From NCBI GenBank assembly GCA_964036045.1, contig OZ038379.1, positions 22,444,001 to 22,508,000 on the forward strand: DNA of 64,000 nucleotides, read 5' to 3'. Each line of letters opens with the position of its first letter. The first letter of the stretch is position 1. Source of the DNA: Eutreptiella sp. 'Long Island Sound 2002' (taxonomy: Eukaryota; Protista; Euglenida). A program made the position numbers and the translations under genes. Below are positions 24,872-38,035 of the stretch, piece by piece. The notes under the pieces were generated by a model. It saw only the letters and a program-made list of their open reading frames with translations. It was not told the origin of the DNA and searched no databases.

Positions 24872-27800
24872 CTTCCCACCGCTTCACAACGGGGGGCAGA
24901 ATCAGAGGTGGCCCACAAATGGGCAAGGTGGCTACATAACCCCTGCCGCCTGGGGGAACCCCACCGCTTCACAACGGGGGGGCAGCATCAGAGGTGGCCC
25001 AAAAGTGGGCAAGGTGGCTACATAACCCCAGCCGCTTGGGGGGTCCCCACCGCTTTAGAGCCTGGGCAACATCATAAGTGGCCCAAAAGTGGGCAAGGTG
25101 GCTACATAACGCCAGCCGCTTGGGGGGTCCCCACCGCTTAAGAGCGGGGGGTAGTGTCGAGAGGTGGCCCACAAGTGGGCAAGGTGGCTACATAACCCCT
25201 GCCGCCTGGGGGGTCCCCACCGCTTCAGAGCAAGGGACAGAATCAGAAGTGGCCCACAAATGGGCAAGGTGGCGACATAACAACTGCCGCCTGGGGGGTT
25301 CCCACCGCTTCATAGCGGCGGGCAGAATCAAAAGTGGCCCACAAGTGGGCAAGGTGGCTACATAACCCTTGCCGCCTAGGTGGTCCCCACCGCCTAAGAG
25401 TCCGGGGCAGAATCAGAAGTGGCCCACAAGTGGGCAAGGTGGCTACATAACCCCAGCCGCTTGGGGGGTCCCCACCGCTTCACAGCGGGGGGCAGAATGA
25501 GAAGTGGCCCAAAAGTGGGCAAGGTGGCTACATAACCCTTGCCGCTTGGGGGTCCCCACCGCTTCAGAGCGGGGGCCAGCATCACAAGTGGCCCAAAAGT
25601 GGGCAAGGTGGCTACATAACCCCTGCTGCATGGGGGGTCCCCACCGCTTCACAACGGGGGGGCAGCATCAGAGGTGGCCCACAAGTGTACAAACCGGCTA
25701 CGTAACCCCAGCCGCTTGGGGGGTCCCCACCGCTTCACAGCGGGGGGGGCAGAATCAGAAGTGGCCCACAAGTGGGCAAGGTGGCTAGATAACCCCTGCC
25801 GCTTGGGGGTCCCCAACACTTCAGAGCGGGGGGCAGCATGAGAAGTGGCCCACAGGTGGACAAGGTGGCTACATAACCCCTGCTGCCTGGGGGGTCCCCA
25901 CCGCTTCACAGCGGGGGGGGCAGAATCAAAGGTGGCCCAGAAGTGGGCAACATGGCTACATAACACCTGCCACCTAGGGGGTCCCCACCGCTTTAGAGCC
26001 TGGGCAGCATCATAAGTGGCCCAAAAGTGGGCAAGGTGGCTACATAACCCCAGCCGCTTGGGGGGTCCCCACCGCTTAAGAGCGGGGGGTAGTATCGAGA
26101 GGTGGCCCACAAGTGGGCAAGGTGGCTACATAACCCCTGCCGCCTGGGGGGTCCCCACCGCCTCAGAGCAAGGGACATAATCAGAAGTGGCCCACAAATG
26201 GGCAAGGTGGCGACATAACAACTGCCGCCTGGGGGGTTCCCACCGCTTCATAGCGGGGGGCAGAATCAAAAGTGGCCCACAAGTGGGCAAGGTGGCTACA
26301 TAACCCTTGCCGCCTAGGTGGTCCCCACCGCCTAAGAGTCCGGGGCATAATCAGAAGTGGCCCACAAGTGGGCAAGGTGGCTACATAACCCCTGCCGCTT
26401 GGGGGGTCCCCACCGCTTCACAGCGGGGGGCAGAATCAGAAGTGGCCCACAAGCGGGCAAGGTGGCTACATAACCCTTGCCGCTTGGGGGTCCCCACCGC
26501 TTCAGAGCGGGGGCCAGCATCACAAGTGGCCTACAAGTGGGCAAGGTGGCTACATAACCCCTGCCGCTTGGGGGGTCCCCACCGCTTCACAGTCGGGGGG
26601 GGCAGAATCAAAGGTGGCCCACAAGTGTACAAGCCGGCTACATAACCCCAGCCGCTTGGGAGGTCCCCACCGCTTCACAACGGGGGGGGCAGAATCAGAA
26701 GTGGCCCACAGGTGGGCAAGGTGGCTACATAACCCCTGCCGCCTAGGGGGTCCCCACCGCTTTAGAGCGGGGGGCAGAATCAGGGGTGGCCCACAAGTGG
26801 GCAAGAGGGCTACATAACAACTGCCGGCTTGGGCCCCCCCGCCGCTTCAAAGCGCGGGGCAGAATCGGAGGTGTTCCACGAGTGGACAAGGTGGCTACAT
26901 AACCCCTGCCGTCTAGGGGATCCCCACCGCTTCACAACGGGGGGCAGCATCAGAGGTGGCCCACAAGTGGGCAAGGTGGCTACATAACCCCTGCCACCTG
27001 GGGGGTCCCCACCGCTTCACAGCGGGGGGCACAATCAGAAGTGGCCCACAAGTGGGCAAGGTGGCTACATAACCCCTGCCGCCTGGGGGGTCCCCACCGC
27101 TCCTGAGCGGGGGTCAGCATCAGAGGTGGCCCACAAGTGGGCAAGGTGGCTACATAACCCCTGCCACCTGGGGGTCCCCACCGCTTCACAACGGGGGGCA
27201 CAATCAGAAGTGGCCCACAAGTGGGCAAGGTGGCTACATAACCCCTGCCGCCTGGGGGGTCCCCACCGCTTCACAGCGGGGGGCACAATCAGAAGTGGCC
27301 CACAAGTGGGCAAGGTGGCTACATAACCCCTGCCGCCTGGGGGGTCCCCACCGCTCCTGAGCGGGGGTCAGCATCAGAGGTGGCCCACAAGTGGGCAAGG
27401 TGGCTACATAACCCCTGCCACCTGGGGGGTCCCCACCGCTTCACAGCGGGGGGCACAATCAGAAGTGGCCCACAAGTGGGCAAGGTGGCTACATAACCCC
27501 TGCCGCCTGGGGGGTCCCCACCGCTCCTGAGCGGGGGTCAGCATCAGAGGTGGCCCACAAGTGGGCAAGGTGGCTACATAACCCCTGCCGCCTGGGGGGT
27601 CCCCACCGCTTCACAGCGGGGGGCAAAATCAGAAGTGGCCCACAAGTGGGCAAGGTGGCTACATAACCCCTGCCGCCTGGGGGATCCCCACCGCTCCTGA
27701 GCGGGGGGCAGAATCAGAAGTGGCCCACAAATGGGCAAGGTGGCTACATAACCCCAGCCGCTTGGGGGGTCCCCACCGCTTTAGAGCGGGGGGCAGAATC

Positions 27801-27890
27801 AGAGGCGGCCCACAAGTGGACAAGGTGGCTACATAACCCCTGCCGCTTGGGGGGTCCCCACTGCTTCAGAGTGGGGGGCAGAATCAGAAG
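24872..27890. repeat. ~84-bp tandem satellite, about 36 copies, with hairpins in the unit and higher-order structure
   Basis: Unit cagaggtggcccacaagtgggcaaggtggctacataacccctgccgcctggggggtccccaccgcttcacagcggggggcagaat, repeated head-to-tail with no unique spacers. Confidence 0.97.
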
Positions 27891-28024
27891 TTGCAGCAGT
27901 CAGAAATGGAAAATCCTATTTTTTGGGGGCCACGCAACAAAGCGTGGATTTCAGAATGGGGGGACAACATCAGAAATAGCCCAAAAGTGGGCCTAGTGGC
28001 AGTCAAAAGTGAGAAAACTAATTT

Positions 28025-28225
28025 TTTGGGTAAGTAATTTACTTAAGTAAAATCTTTTTCTACTTAGTAAATTACTTCGTAAAAAAATTTCTTTTACTAA
28101 GTTATTTACTAAGTAGAAAACGCACCCCCGGAGGAAAAACTTAGTAAACAAATATTTTTTACTAAGTTTTGAAACTTAGTGAAAAAAGTTTTTACAAAAA
28201 AATTTTACTAAGTTTTACCACGGAC
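28025..28225. repeat. AT-rich element with alternating ttactaag / cttagtaa inverted motifs
   Basis: Several direct and inverted copies of the 8-mer within ~200 nt. Confidence 0.55.
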
Positions 28226-29500
28226 CCTCGTCTGACTTGTCCTCCTACACCATCATGTTTCTTGATGAGCAAAAAGTGCATTTTTCATCAAAAAGTCATT
28301 TATCACATTTATTGTGCTCTTTTTCGTGTGAGTGTTGTGGGCGATTTCTCATTCAGCGCATTGGCTCACGGCACGTGCGAACCACTTTAAAATTTCAAAA
28401 TATTTAATTTGTATCATAATCAATGGGGACAGTCATTTGAATGGTTTGTGTGCCTGTTGCCTACTCTCTTGCGTGCTGTATTTTGTCGTAACACCATTCT
28501 ACTTTGTACATCAGATGCTACTGCCCTGAACGCTTCCTAAAGAGCAAGAGCGGTGCTGTTTCAAAACTCAAGGTGCTCCGAAGAGTAGTAGTGGTGCTCC
28601 TTAAGACCAAAACCAAGGGGTGGTGCTCCTTAACAATGCAGAGCAGTGTTCATGGAAAATCAAAGCCATGAGTGGCTCCTGCTTAAACAAAACCACCCCT
28701 ATTTCTAAGGAGCAACTTGGGTAGCACTGCTCCTGATCCTTAGGAGCAAACACGGAAGCAGAAGTGTTTTGGCACACATCCTCCAAGACCGCCAATGTGC
28801 AGATGGCCATAGTCTTTCTAGTACAACTCAAGCATCACTGAACTTCATCCGCGAGCCAAGTTTGATCAGGCAACCTCAAACCTGCGACAGCGCAAAACTT
28901 TAGACTTTTCAGGCACTGCCCATACTGATCCACAGAGCCCACAAGACTGACATGCAGCTTGCTGCATGAAGCACGGGACCCAACAGCACTGGCTGCCATG
29001 GGTTGGTGCTGTCTCGCCATGAGGTGGTGTGGACCATGGATAATTTGAGTACCTGCAGCTTGCATTGGCAATGATGGTGATCGCTTAAGCTTCGTTTCCT
29101 GATTCAGGCCCCTATGCTCTGTTATCAATGATAGACACACAGTCCACTCAACAAGAGCTGTAAGATCGGAAACTTGCACCTATTTCGCAATGAGGCACAG
29201 GCACGTTGACCAGCGCCACATACTCATGACAGCAGCATTCAGCACAGACACATTACCATTCTTGCGAGCAGTCGGTCGCACTGCCCTGGTATAATACAAA
29301 GAATCGAACTGCATTCTGCTCATGTTCACAAAGTGGCAAAGCATGCAGTGGATTCCAGGCAGGGGAGACAAGGAGACCAAAAGCAGAATGAAACCTGCTG
29401 ACAACAGGCGCCCTGCACCCCAAGTGAACACCACTTTGTGTGCAAGGTACGGAAGAGGACAGACAAGTGGTGCTGGCGACTCCATTCCTTAGCAGGAGGT

Positions 29501-30694
29501 TTAATACACAGATCTGCAATCTGTGCAATTCCTCCGGGTCTCACAGTCGAAGGCAACAGCGGCGGTTGGTGAATAGCACAAGGCACACATGTAAGGCCGT
29601 CTCCATGAGCACTGGTTGCACCACCAGTCGTGGTCTGCACAGCCTGGATGGTAACAACAATTGCCACACACCCAACGCCAACACTGACAATCTCTACCGC
29701 ACATGCCATAACAGTCATCACGCCGTCTACACTTGTATCGCCAACTTGGCCCACGTGGGACACTGGCCTGGCCCACGAATTCTTCACGGTCGGCCATAAC
29801 AGGATCGCCACTGGCAGGCTCGCGCGTCCGAAAAGCATCGGGCCCTGTCAGATTGAGGTCTGTTGAGTCTGGCGGCCGAGGCATCTCCGCTCCATCAACG
29901 TCCACAACTCGCACCCCCTGTGTGTCCAAATCCTCGCTCGTCAGGGGCACGAAACGGGCCACAGCAGAGGCAAAAATGTGGAGGGAGCGGGTCTGCGGGG
30001 CTGACAAGCCATCCATGCCCCGCTGCCCAAGGCTGCGAGACATCACCAAGACGGCTTTGGACACAGGGTGCTGATGCAACCGGACGAGGGCAGCCCAATA
30101 CATCTCATGCTGTGCGGGCGTGCGGCCTGCACTCGCTTCGCTTTCCACGGCATCGCACAGCTCATCCTTTGCAACAACTGAACACGCTGGTGTCGCGGTG
30201 GGATTTTGGGGTCGGTAAATGAAGCGGCTCCCAAAGAGCTGCAGCGTCGCAAAGTCCGCCCCGGTGGTGGTCTCAAACAGGACGTCGTTGGCAGCCCAAA
30301 GCGTCAAAGTGCCGTTGCTGGCCGCAAACCGCATTGCATTGGGAGCCGAGACACTGCGGTACGACACCACGAACTGCTCGGGGGTGTTGATCTCAAGCGT
30401 GATGACGGGCACTGTGGTGTGTGCGGCGAAGATGCGCTTGTGGGCCCACGGAATCCCAGGCTTCGCAAGGGTTATCACTGCCACCAAAAGAGGGAGCACC
30501 TGCACCGCATGCGCACCACGTATGCACTCTTTGCGCGCCTGTCTGAGGCGACCACGGGGCAACAGGTGCACGGTGCACGCACAGTGCAGATTGAACTGCA
30601 CAGGGTGCGGGATGTGCGGGGTGTGTATGGCATCGTCAGTGCAACATAATTGTCCCGGAAGAGCGTCCTTAATACCCAAATGCACGTCTAGCAT
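29501..30694 (-). CDS. Uncharacterised, probably secreted protein with Cys-rich C-terminal domain containing CxxHD (true start uncertain)
   Basis: 397-codon ORF; hydrophobic VLPLLVAVITLA segment; C-terminus CRRRDDCYGMCGRDCQCWRWVCGNCCYHPGCADHDWWCNQC...CALC...FDC...CTDC. Confidence 0.75.
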   Translation of the reverse strand: MLDVHLGIKDALPGQLCCTDDAIHTPHIPHPVQFNLHCACTVHLLPRGRLRQARKECIRGAHAVQVLPLLVAVITLAKPGIPWAHKRIFAAHTTVPVITLEINTPEQFVVSYRSVSAPNAMRFAASNGTLTLWAANDVLFETTTGADFATLQLFGSRFIYRPQNPTATPACSVVAKDELCDAVESEASAGRTPAQHEMYWAALVRLHQHPVSKAVLVMSRSLGQRGMDGLSAPQTRSLHIFASAVARFVPLTSEDLDTQGVRVVDVDGAEMPRPPDSTDLNLTGPDAFRTREPASGDPVMADREEFVGQASVPRGPSWRYKCRRRDDCYGMCGRDCQCWRWVCGNCCYHPGCADHDWWCNQCSWRRPYMCALCYSPTAAVAFDCETRRNCTDCRSVY

Positions 30695-33167
30695 TTCGTC
30701 ATGGGCACTGGGACAGCGTACATTCGAACAATTCCACTACTTGCGAACTTCCACCCGCCGATGGTTCTTCCATTCCCCATTTTGTTGCTTTGTTTCTACC
30801 ATTTATGGCTCTGAAAAATGAGTTTGGTGTTGCACAGTCGACCAATGGCAGCCAATCGCCAAAGCAAGCCCGCCTTTGTCACCGTGGTGCGTTGTTATAC
30901 ACTGTGACTGTCATAAAAATGGGTCCCTTTCGGTTAGCCCTCAAATGCACAACACTTTGTGCACATCACACATCACCCACGCGAACCACCCCCTTTTGAT
31001 TTTTTGGTCAGCCGGTGTAAAACATGCAAAACACCCGAAGTAAGACAGATGCGTCTTATCCAGGTGGCAATAGGGTTGCTATCACCATTCCCTGGTTGGC
31101 ATGACCCATGCACTACTGATGCATGACCCATGCACTACTGATGGCACACTGCCATCCGTGCCACTAAAACAATGAGACATATCTCGATCAACCGCACTAC
31201 GGGCGCACCGCAGCAGGTGCTCCACCATCACCAACAGCAAAACTATACTTGAGCCACAGCAAATGAAAAGCTGCAGCCGCCCTCCTCCTTCATGGATGCC
31301 GCCAAGAGACCTTTTGTCTCGGCCCATGGGTAGATCACTGTCCAGCTCAGGAGTCAGCATGTGGCCAGAGGCTGCAAAACAACAACAAAAAAAAGGAAAT
31401 TGGGAACAGTGGATTCCTCCAGCCTGGACGCCCGCAGGGCCAACCGCAAACCAACCAACTGCCCCCTCGCCCCTTGCACAAGCACAGCCCAATTCAGGAG
31501 AAACGACAGTCAGACAAAGCCGTGGTTGAGTACAACCTACCGGCAAGTGCCTCATGGGGTATTTGGGCCTTGTCTCCGCGCAGTCGTATGCATTGGATCC
31601 GTCTGTGTTGATGCCATATGCATTGAAAGCAATGATAAAGGAACACTTTAGACCTGATTAGCACGGTGCACAGTTGAAGTTTTCATTCAAAGCATGGTGG
31701 ATTGAACCTCATACTGTAAAGCATCATTCTTTGCGACCAAGCTGTGATGTATCCGAGACCATGCCTGCTTGCCGCTGCATGGTGCTGGTACTGGTGCTGG
31801 TACTTACTGCCAGACGGGGGGCGGTCCACCAGCGATCCTTGTTGAAGAACCATCTTTACCAGTGGACTATGGTTGCTGGCTAAGATGGTCTCACTTTGTG
31901 CCCATTCGACTTAGTGAGCAAGAGGTTGCAAAACCCGTACTGGTGACACCAGATTTGTAAACCGAACCCACGAGGATGCACACCTAGAGGCTATGAGACT
32001 GGCTCTGCCACAGGTGTGGCACATTTTGTTGTTAACACTGGGGAATGGTGCAGGCATCCTCCCTGCCCTACATGCTACCAAAAAAAGGCAGCTCCCTCCA
32101 ACTATGTCCCCACCCAAGTTCCCCCATGACTACCACCATCAGAAGCTGAACATCACACCAATCTTCTTGTGCTGCAGTGCGATGTGAAACTGTAAAATAC
32201 ATGTGTGCACACAAAGTGGTTCAGTCAAACGGTCACTGATTTTACCAATCGGCCTATCCTGACTAAGCGGTTAATGTAACTTGCAGGCACTTGGCAAAAC
32301 TAAGTAAGAGGTCTAGTACAAGAAGAAACTTTTGGTAACACTGAAAGAGAAATTTTTCTCATTTTGTTTTACAGTTTACAATGATACCAAGCATCACATG
32401 GGGCAAAGAAGTGTGGTGCCACATGCCTGCTTCACATGTAACCATAAAACACATTCCGAAGAATATCTGTAAACCTCTTGTCCCAGTGCTGAATCATTGT
32501 TTGGTCATGTTCCAATCTCCGAAGGGATAAAGCAGGGATCTGACCAATGGCTGCATGACCCTGGATGTGTTGGGTCCTGTAGGTGGGGGGGTAGCATAGC
32601 TACAGAACAGGGCATGGGGATAATGCCCTCCACCCTTGTTCATTACTCACTTCAACAGCTGAATTCCAGTTTTTCCTGGAAAAAACTTCGTACAAAGAAC
32701 TAAAAGACTAGCTGGATTAGCCTTGCGTGTCTTGGTATACCAGGGGGAATTGCGTGTTGGGGAAAATATGAAACTACAAATTTTGGCGCAACAAATCTGT
32801 GCCATTTCTTAAAAATGAGCGAACAAATTATTCATGGTTCCCATAAATTGCTCATGAGAATTAGTGGACGGTTGCTGTTATTTCCTAGTGGACTCCAGTC
32901 CTAGATAATTGCTGTTATTTCCTGGTGGACTCTGGATGGTTACTATTGTTTCCTGGTGGACTGGCTGCATCAAAAGTGAAGGCACTGCTGAAGGTGGGAG
33001 GAAGTCTACTCTTGAAAACACAAAACACACTGCTCAACATAACGATCCAATGAAAAGCAGCGATGTGTGGACAGCACAAGGAGCATGCAGACACCAATAT
33101 GTACTTCAGCACTTCTGCGACTTCCATGGGAAACTAATTATCATTTACCAAATCATCTGGCATGGTA

Positions 33168-33277
33168 CCCCGTCCCCCCCTTGTCCTAGCGACGCAAAAG
33201 TCCCAAATTAATACGGTCCCTACGCCTACTGTAGCTTGGACAAGGGCGTAGCTAGGACAAAGGAGGGGGGGGGGGGG
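33168..33277. mobile_element. ~110-bp MITE with terminal inverted repeats, TA-flanked
   Basis: TA|ccccgtcccccccttgtcctagcgacgc ... gcgtagctaggacaaaggaggggggggggggg|TA. Confidence 0.7.
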
Positions 33278-36200
33278 TACAAGTGGGCAAAGGCATAGCC
33301 TAACGTATACCTGTACAAATCCTTAAAAACTTCGAACAAAATGCGCACGGAAATTTCGTACAGAAATTGAATTGCAGAAATTCTAGCCTGTATAATCCCC
33401 CCTCTCCTCGGTATTCACTGATTCTTCTGCTTCCCATCCTTGCCGTCTGCTCTCCTTTGTCTCAGTGGATTTTCATCCCGCGGAGGCATTCCTCTCAACC
33501 ACAGAGTGTCTGCATTATATTGTGAAGATATGGAACGCCAAAAGAAGGGGATGTACCGCACCCATGGGAAAACTGATCTATTCGGAGCACTACGCTCAAT
33601 GCGCCCCCTTTGAGGCTTAAACATTGTGTAAATCCCTCAAAACCCCGTTGTCACTTACCAGTGGCGCATTTCGCACCTTGGGACTGGTTCCAAAGAGTCC
33701 AAAGAGGTAAAAAACAGGTAGGTCAACATAAACGGCCTAACAGTGGGTGATCCCAGCCTAAGAACACCATTCCACGTGATCCCCGGTCAGTTTAGGGTTG
33801 AATCCTTTTTCTGCAAAGTCTCAAAATGCAATGAAACAGGCCAAATTTGCCATTGCAAACAGGGGTGAAAAATGAATGGCTTCAAACGAGTTCAGACATT
33901 GTGTTTTCTGCAGTCGTAACTCCTTTGAAATGCTACGCTGAGCTGTACCGTAAATGGACCACGACACGCTAGTCGTCCATGGGAAACCCCCAACTCGAAA
34001 ACCCTGAACTTGCAAATTCCACAGCACACAGTGTGCAAAGTGCGTAGTGCAATGTGCAGGCCTTACAGTGTGCACTGTGTGGACTGCACAATGGAAAATG
34101 CAAAAGGCAAGAGGTGCCGTGTTAGTGTGTGACTGTGCAATGAGCCAAAATATGAGGATTTGTCCCACCAGCTCTGTTCCAATAGATACCCAATCTTGAT
34201 GAGGCTGTATCCTCACGTCATCCTCACAGTGTCTGGGAACCTGAGAACACGCCATCCAGTAAGGATGCTACTTGGATGGGTTGCACTGGCCCCGCCAGTG
34301 ACATTAGTGACCATGGTCACCATTGTGCAACTCTGGTGGGTCGCCACTTGGTACTCCTTCTTGACGACAGTCTTTATGTTCATACCATCTTCTTCAGACC
34401 TGCTCCAAGAAATCTGCCCCGCTTCTAATTCTGGAGGTTGCTGGGCTCGAAGGGTCTGGCCAAGGTGATCCCAAAAGGGTCTGGCCAAAGCCCTAATACC
34501 CTAAAATTTGAGCGCCGTGTTGGCAAAACGTGAACACAAGTGAACAGCACAGCAAATCATCAACCCAGTCATCACTTAATCATCGTCTGTTCGGCATATC
34601 TGAAACCCAACGATTCAGACACAAAGCCAGTCCTCATTGGCACTTTCGCGAGCCATTACGGGCACACTTAAGCTTTGTGATCCACTTACATGGCGCGCAG
34701 CAAAGCTGGTGCACATCAGCCCGGCCACCATGGAGGTCACTGCCACAGAGTCTTGACTGCCAAGTAAGAGACCTGTGAGTCAGGCTGCTTATGCAGCGTC
34801 ACTGTATGAATAAGGACAGTGATGACTACCAGGGGCTCAGCCTGCAAAAGCTGCGGTGCGTGCACGCCTGCCACAGCAGAGCCTACTCTGTGCTATATAC
34901 ACCAATTTCTGCAGAGCCTACTCTGTGCTATGTACATCAATTTCTGGACGCGGTACGCACTGCTCCCTCAGGAAGCCATCTGCAATGACATGACGCCGCT
35001 TCAGCATAGCACTCCCCTGCACCACATCCACGCTAAATACGCCGATACCAGTCCATATGATTGGCACATGGCATGCACGAGGTATCCCTTTGACATTGTC
35101 AATGGAGAGACAGAACAGCCCAAAGGGAAGGGCAATTTGACTGTACAAGAACACAAATCGTCGTGCACTACTGACCCAAAGCAGTAGAGTTCGGCAAGCC
35201 ATGTGCCTGGGGATATAAGAGAACGGTTCAAGGGCAAGCAGTCGGCATCCGTAAAAGACTCATTTGATTTGAGCCACCGGAACGCCATGGGGAATACTAC
35301 AATCCAGCCAACGTTCTATCAGACGGTACTTGCAGCGCAACGTAGCCTTGAGGTGAGGCATATGCACCAATGGACGAAGGACGCCTCTCCCTCTGATCAA
35401 GCGGAAGAGAAAAACGCATGGAGCCGAACGGCCCTCAGTGGCACAATGTTGTACCAATCCATTGGGTTGAAGCTTCCGCATTGTAACCCGCAAACCAGAA
35501 TCAGTATGTCTGGGGAGGGTGGTGCAGGAACGGGGGGGGGGGGCTTAAAAGAGAGCACTGCTGCCTCAACTGGAAATGGCAAACTGTTTGGCTCTTTGAC
35601 TGAGATGCGTCACTTCAAAGTAGGCGAGACAAATTATGAACACTCCTCCAACGGTGGTGGCAGGGTGGAAAGAGGGATGGACAAATCAGGTTTCGGGGGT
35701 GGGGTAAGAAAACACAATTGCAAAGAGAACCTTGTCCTGGGACCATACTTTCAACCTCGCAATGCGCTGAACGCCAGCCCATTCACTGTCTCCAATTGCA
35801 GAACGTTGGCAGCAGGTGATGTATGGCACAGTGAACGGATATGTAAGATATGGGCTGAACATGCAAACTCTCAGAAAGCCCGCTTGCAACAGCATGTATG
35901 CGGTGGACACAGCAACGCACATACATGCGAACACTCTGATGGATGTGTGACGATTCATACATGCACCCGAGCCCACATGCCCTTATACGTGCAGATGTGC
36001 ATATCTAGTATATACAGAAAGGCCCCACATACAGTACATGGAACTGAGCTCGGAGTTCGCCAGTCTGTACAGCGCTGCTAAAATGGCCCTTGGAAGGCCT
36101 CGTACAGTCTCTGACCCCTCATTGTGCACTGTGCGAGAAAAATACAACATCTGTAACACAATACCCCACCAGCACAATGCAGGATCTGCAATTTTGTGAT

Positions 36201-36542
36201 TTGAATGATCTGATCTGCACATCTCCTCATAAAATGGCAATAAAAGAGCTGAAAAGTACCACATAATATGTCTCTTGTGGCCCAGCCGGCGCCGCTCCCT
36301 GAGGCATTTGTGCCTGAGAGCTGAGGCCAGGACAGGGGCCACAGGCAGCACAGGGACTGGGGGTGGGGCTGCTGTCACCACGGAGTAGTGTGTTGGTGCA
36401 TCAAAATGGAGGGTAACTTGGCCAGCAGCAGCTGCCGGCTTCGATTAGCGTATGGTTGAGGTCAAGGGGGTACACAGAGCTCACAGCAAGGGGCATTGCT
36501 TGCTGCTTGCCCAGTGGCTGCCACCATTTGGCTGGCTCTTGG

Positions 36543-37106
36543 CTAATGGTCCTTCTTGCTGTCATACCATGACTTGATTGCAGGGATGCTGTACATCCGC
36601 TCCATCCACTGACCTACCTCAGGATAAGCCTCGAGACAATTCACAGGCACATGCTCTGCAGTACCGGATTGGAAGTAGCGCAGCTGGGGCAGCAGCTGGA
36701 GGTCCGCAATCGTGGGCTCATCGCCACACAGGAACGCCCCCGTTTCCTGCAAATGGTCCGAGATATACCCCATGAACCGCGGCATGTCCTGCGCGACGAA
36801 GCGCTCTCGAAGGGTCTTGACGATCTCGGCCTTGGCCTCAGGGCTCATGTCTGAGGGATGCCCGAACCGCTCCGGATACATGTTGATGTAGATGCAGGGC
36901 TGCCAGGCACGGGCTATGTCGTCCGACAGTCCGAGTAGGCTTTCTACTTCCAGCATCTGTTTGGGGTCGCTGGGGTACAGAGAGCCGTCCCCGAAGCTCC
37001 TGGCGACATAGCGAAGCATCGCAGGGCTCTGGAAGATCTCCTCCCCGTTAATCGTCATCATTGGCACTTGGCCATACTTTGTCATGGGCTTGTACTCGCC
37101 CCACTC
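36543..37106 (-). CDS. GST: Glutathione S-transferase (sigma/prostaglandin-D-synthase-like), exon 2
   Basis: EWGEYKPMTKYGQVPMMTINGEEIFQSPAMLRYV (GQVP and QS glutathione-site motifs), FLCGDEPTIADL; acceptor aatcag at 37107, phase 0; stop at 36543. Confidence 0.93.
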   Translation of the reverse strand, partial: EWGEYKPMTKYGQVPMMTINGEEIFQSPAMLRYVARSFGDGSLYPSDPKQMLEVESLLGLSDDIARAWQPCIYINMYPERFGHPSDMSPEAKAEIVKTLRERFVAQDMPRFMGYISDHLQETGAFLCGDEPTIADLQLLPQLRYFQSGTAEHVPVNCLEAYPEVGQWMERMYSIPAIKSWYDSKKDH

Positions 37107-37499
37107 CTGATTGGGACAGGGCAGGTGTGGGGGCTGGGATGGGAATAAGGACACCTGACAGTCCCAAGGGGTAGGAGTACAGATAAGGATACCGGGCAGG
37201 GCTCCAAAATGTGTTCAGGGCAATAAAATTGGGCGGCCTGTTTGGTAGAAAGACGGGGGCAGCCAGGGGAAATGAAAGGGAAATGGCGAAATACAGACAA
37301 CCGGCGACGCTTAATTTCCTCCTACCATCTGCCACCAAATGAACAGGAGGAAGAACAGGGGAACAAACTGACGGGGGACAATGGAGGAGAATAGGGTAAC
37401 TTTGGCTGTTGCCTCTGCCAAATCTTCCCGAAGTTCCCATCTGATTCACTACTTACTCCCCTCCTGCATTTTCCCTCGTTTGTACTGTGACTGTAGGTG

Positions 37500-38035
37500 C
37501 CGGAGATGCTGCACACCGTGCAGGAACAGGGATTGGGACAGAACCGGCAACACCACCAACAACAACAACAGCAGCAGCAGCAGCAGCAGCAGCATCGCCA
37601 CAACCACAACAACAGCACCATCGAAAACCACCGCCAGCAGCAATACCAATACAAACAAAGCAACACCAATACCAACAACAAAAGCAACAACAAGCGCAGC
37701 AACAAAAGCACTACCAACAACAACAGCAACAGCGGCAACACCAGCACCACCACAACAACAACATCAACACATTCAGCAACAACACTATCGCCAGCAACAA
37801 CAGCAGCAGCAACAACATAACACCAGTACAAACACAAACAGCAACACAAGCAGCAGCAAACAGCATTAACAGCAACAGTGCCGCTAGTGTTGTTGTTGCT
37901 GCTGCGGTGGTCGTTGCTGCTGTGGTCGTTGCCGTCGCTGTTGTACTTATGTTGTACTGATGGTTGTTGCTGCTGCTAGTGCTGCTGCTGCTGCCACTAC
38001 CACCATAGCTGTTGTTGTTGATGTGTTGTTGCTGT
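37500..38035. repeat. CAA/CAG trinucleotide-rich tract switching to TTG/CTG (imperfect foldback)
   Basis: Left arm ~37550-37880 is caa/cag-rich; right arm ~37890-38035 is ttg/ctg-rich. Confidence 0.85.

Noticed and set aside
24872-27890. CRISPR-like array (hairpin-containing repeats)
   Set aside because: Units are contiguous with no unique spacers, there are no cas genes, and the context is eukaryotic.
28835-29485. Possible tyrosine-recombinase remnant (WRWST..VQVSDL)
   Set aside because: No convincing HxxR or catalytic Tyr motif.
35203-36081. 292-aa plus-strand ORF
   Set aside because: No recognisable motif or splice support, and it runs through a poly-G tract.
37322-37960. Poly-Q, poly-T and poly-C(ys) ORFs
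   Set aside because: Trinucleotide microsatellite inside the GST intron.
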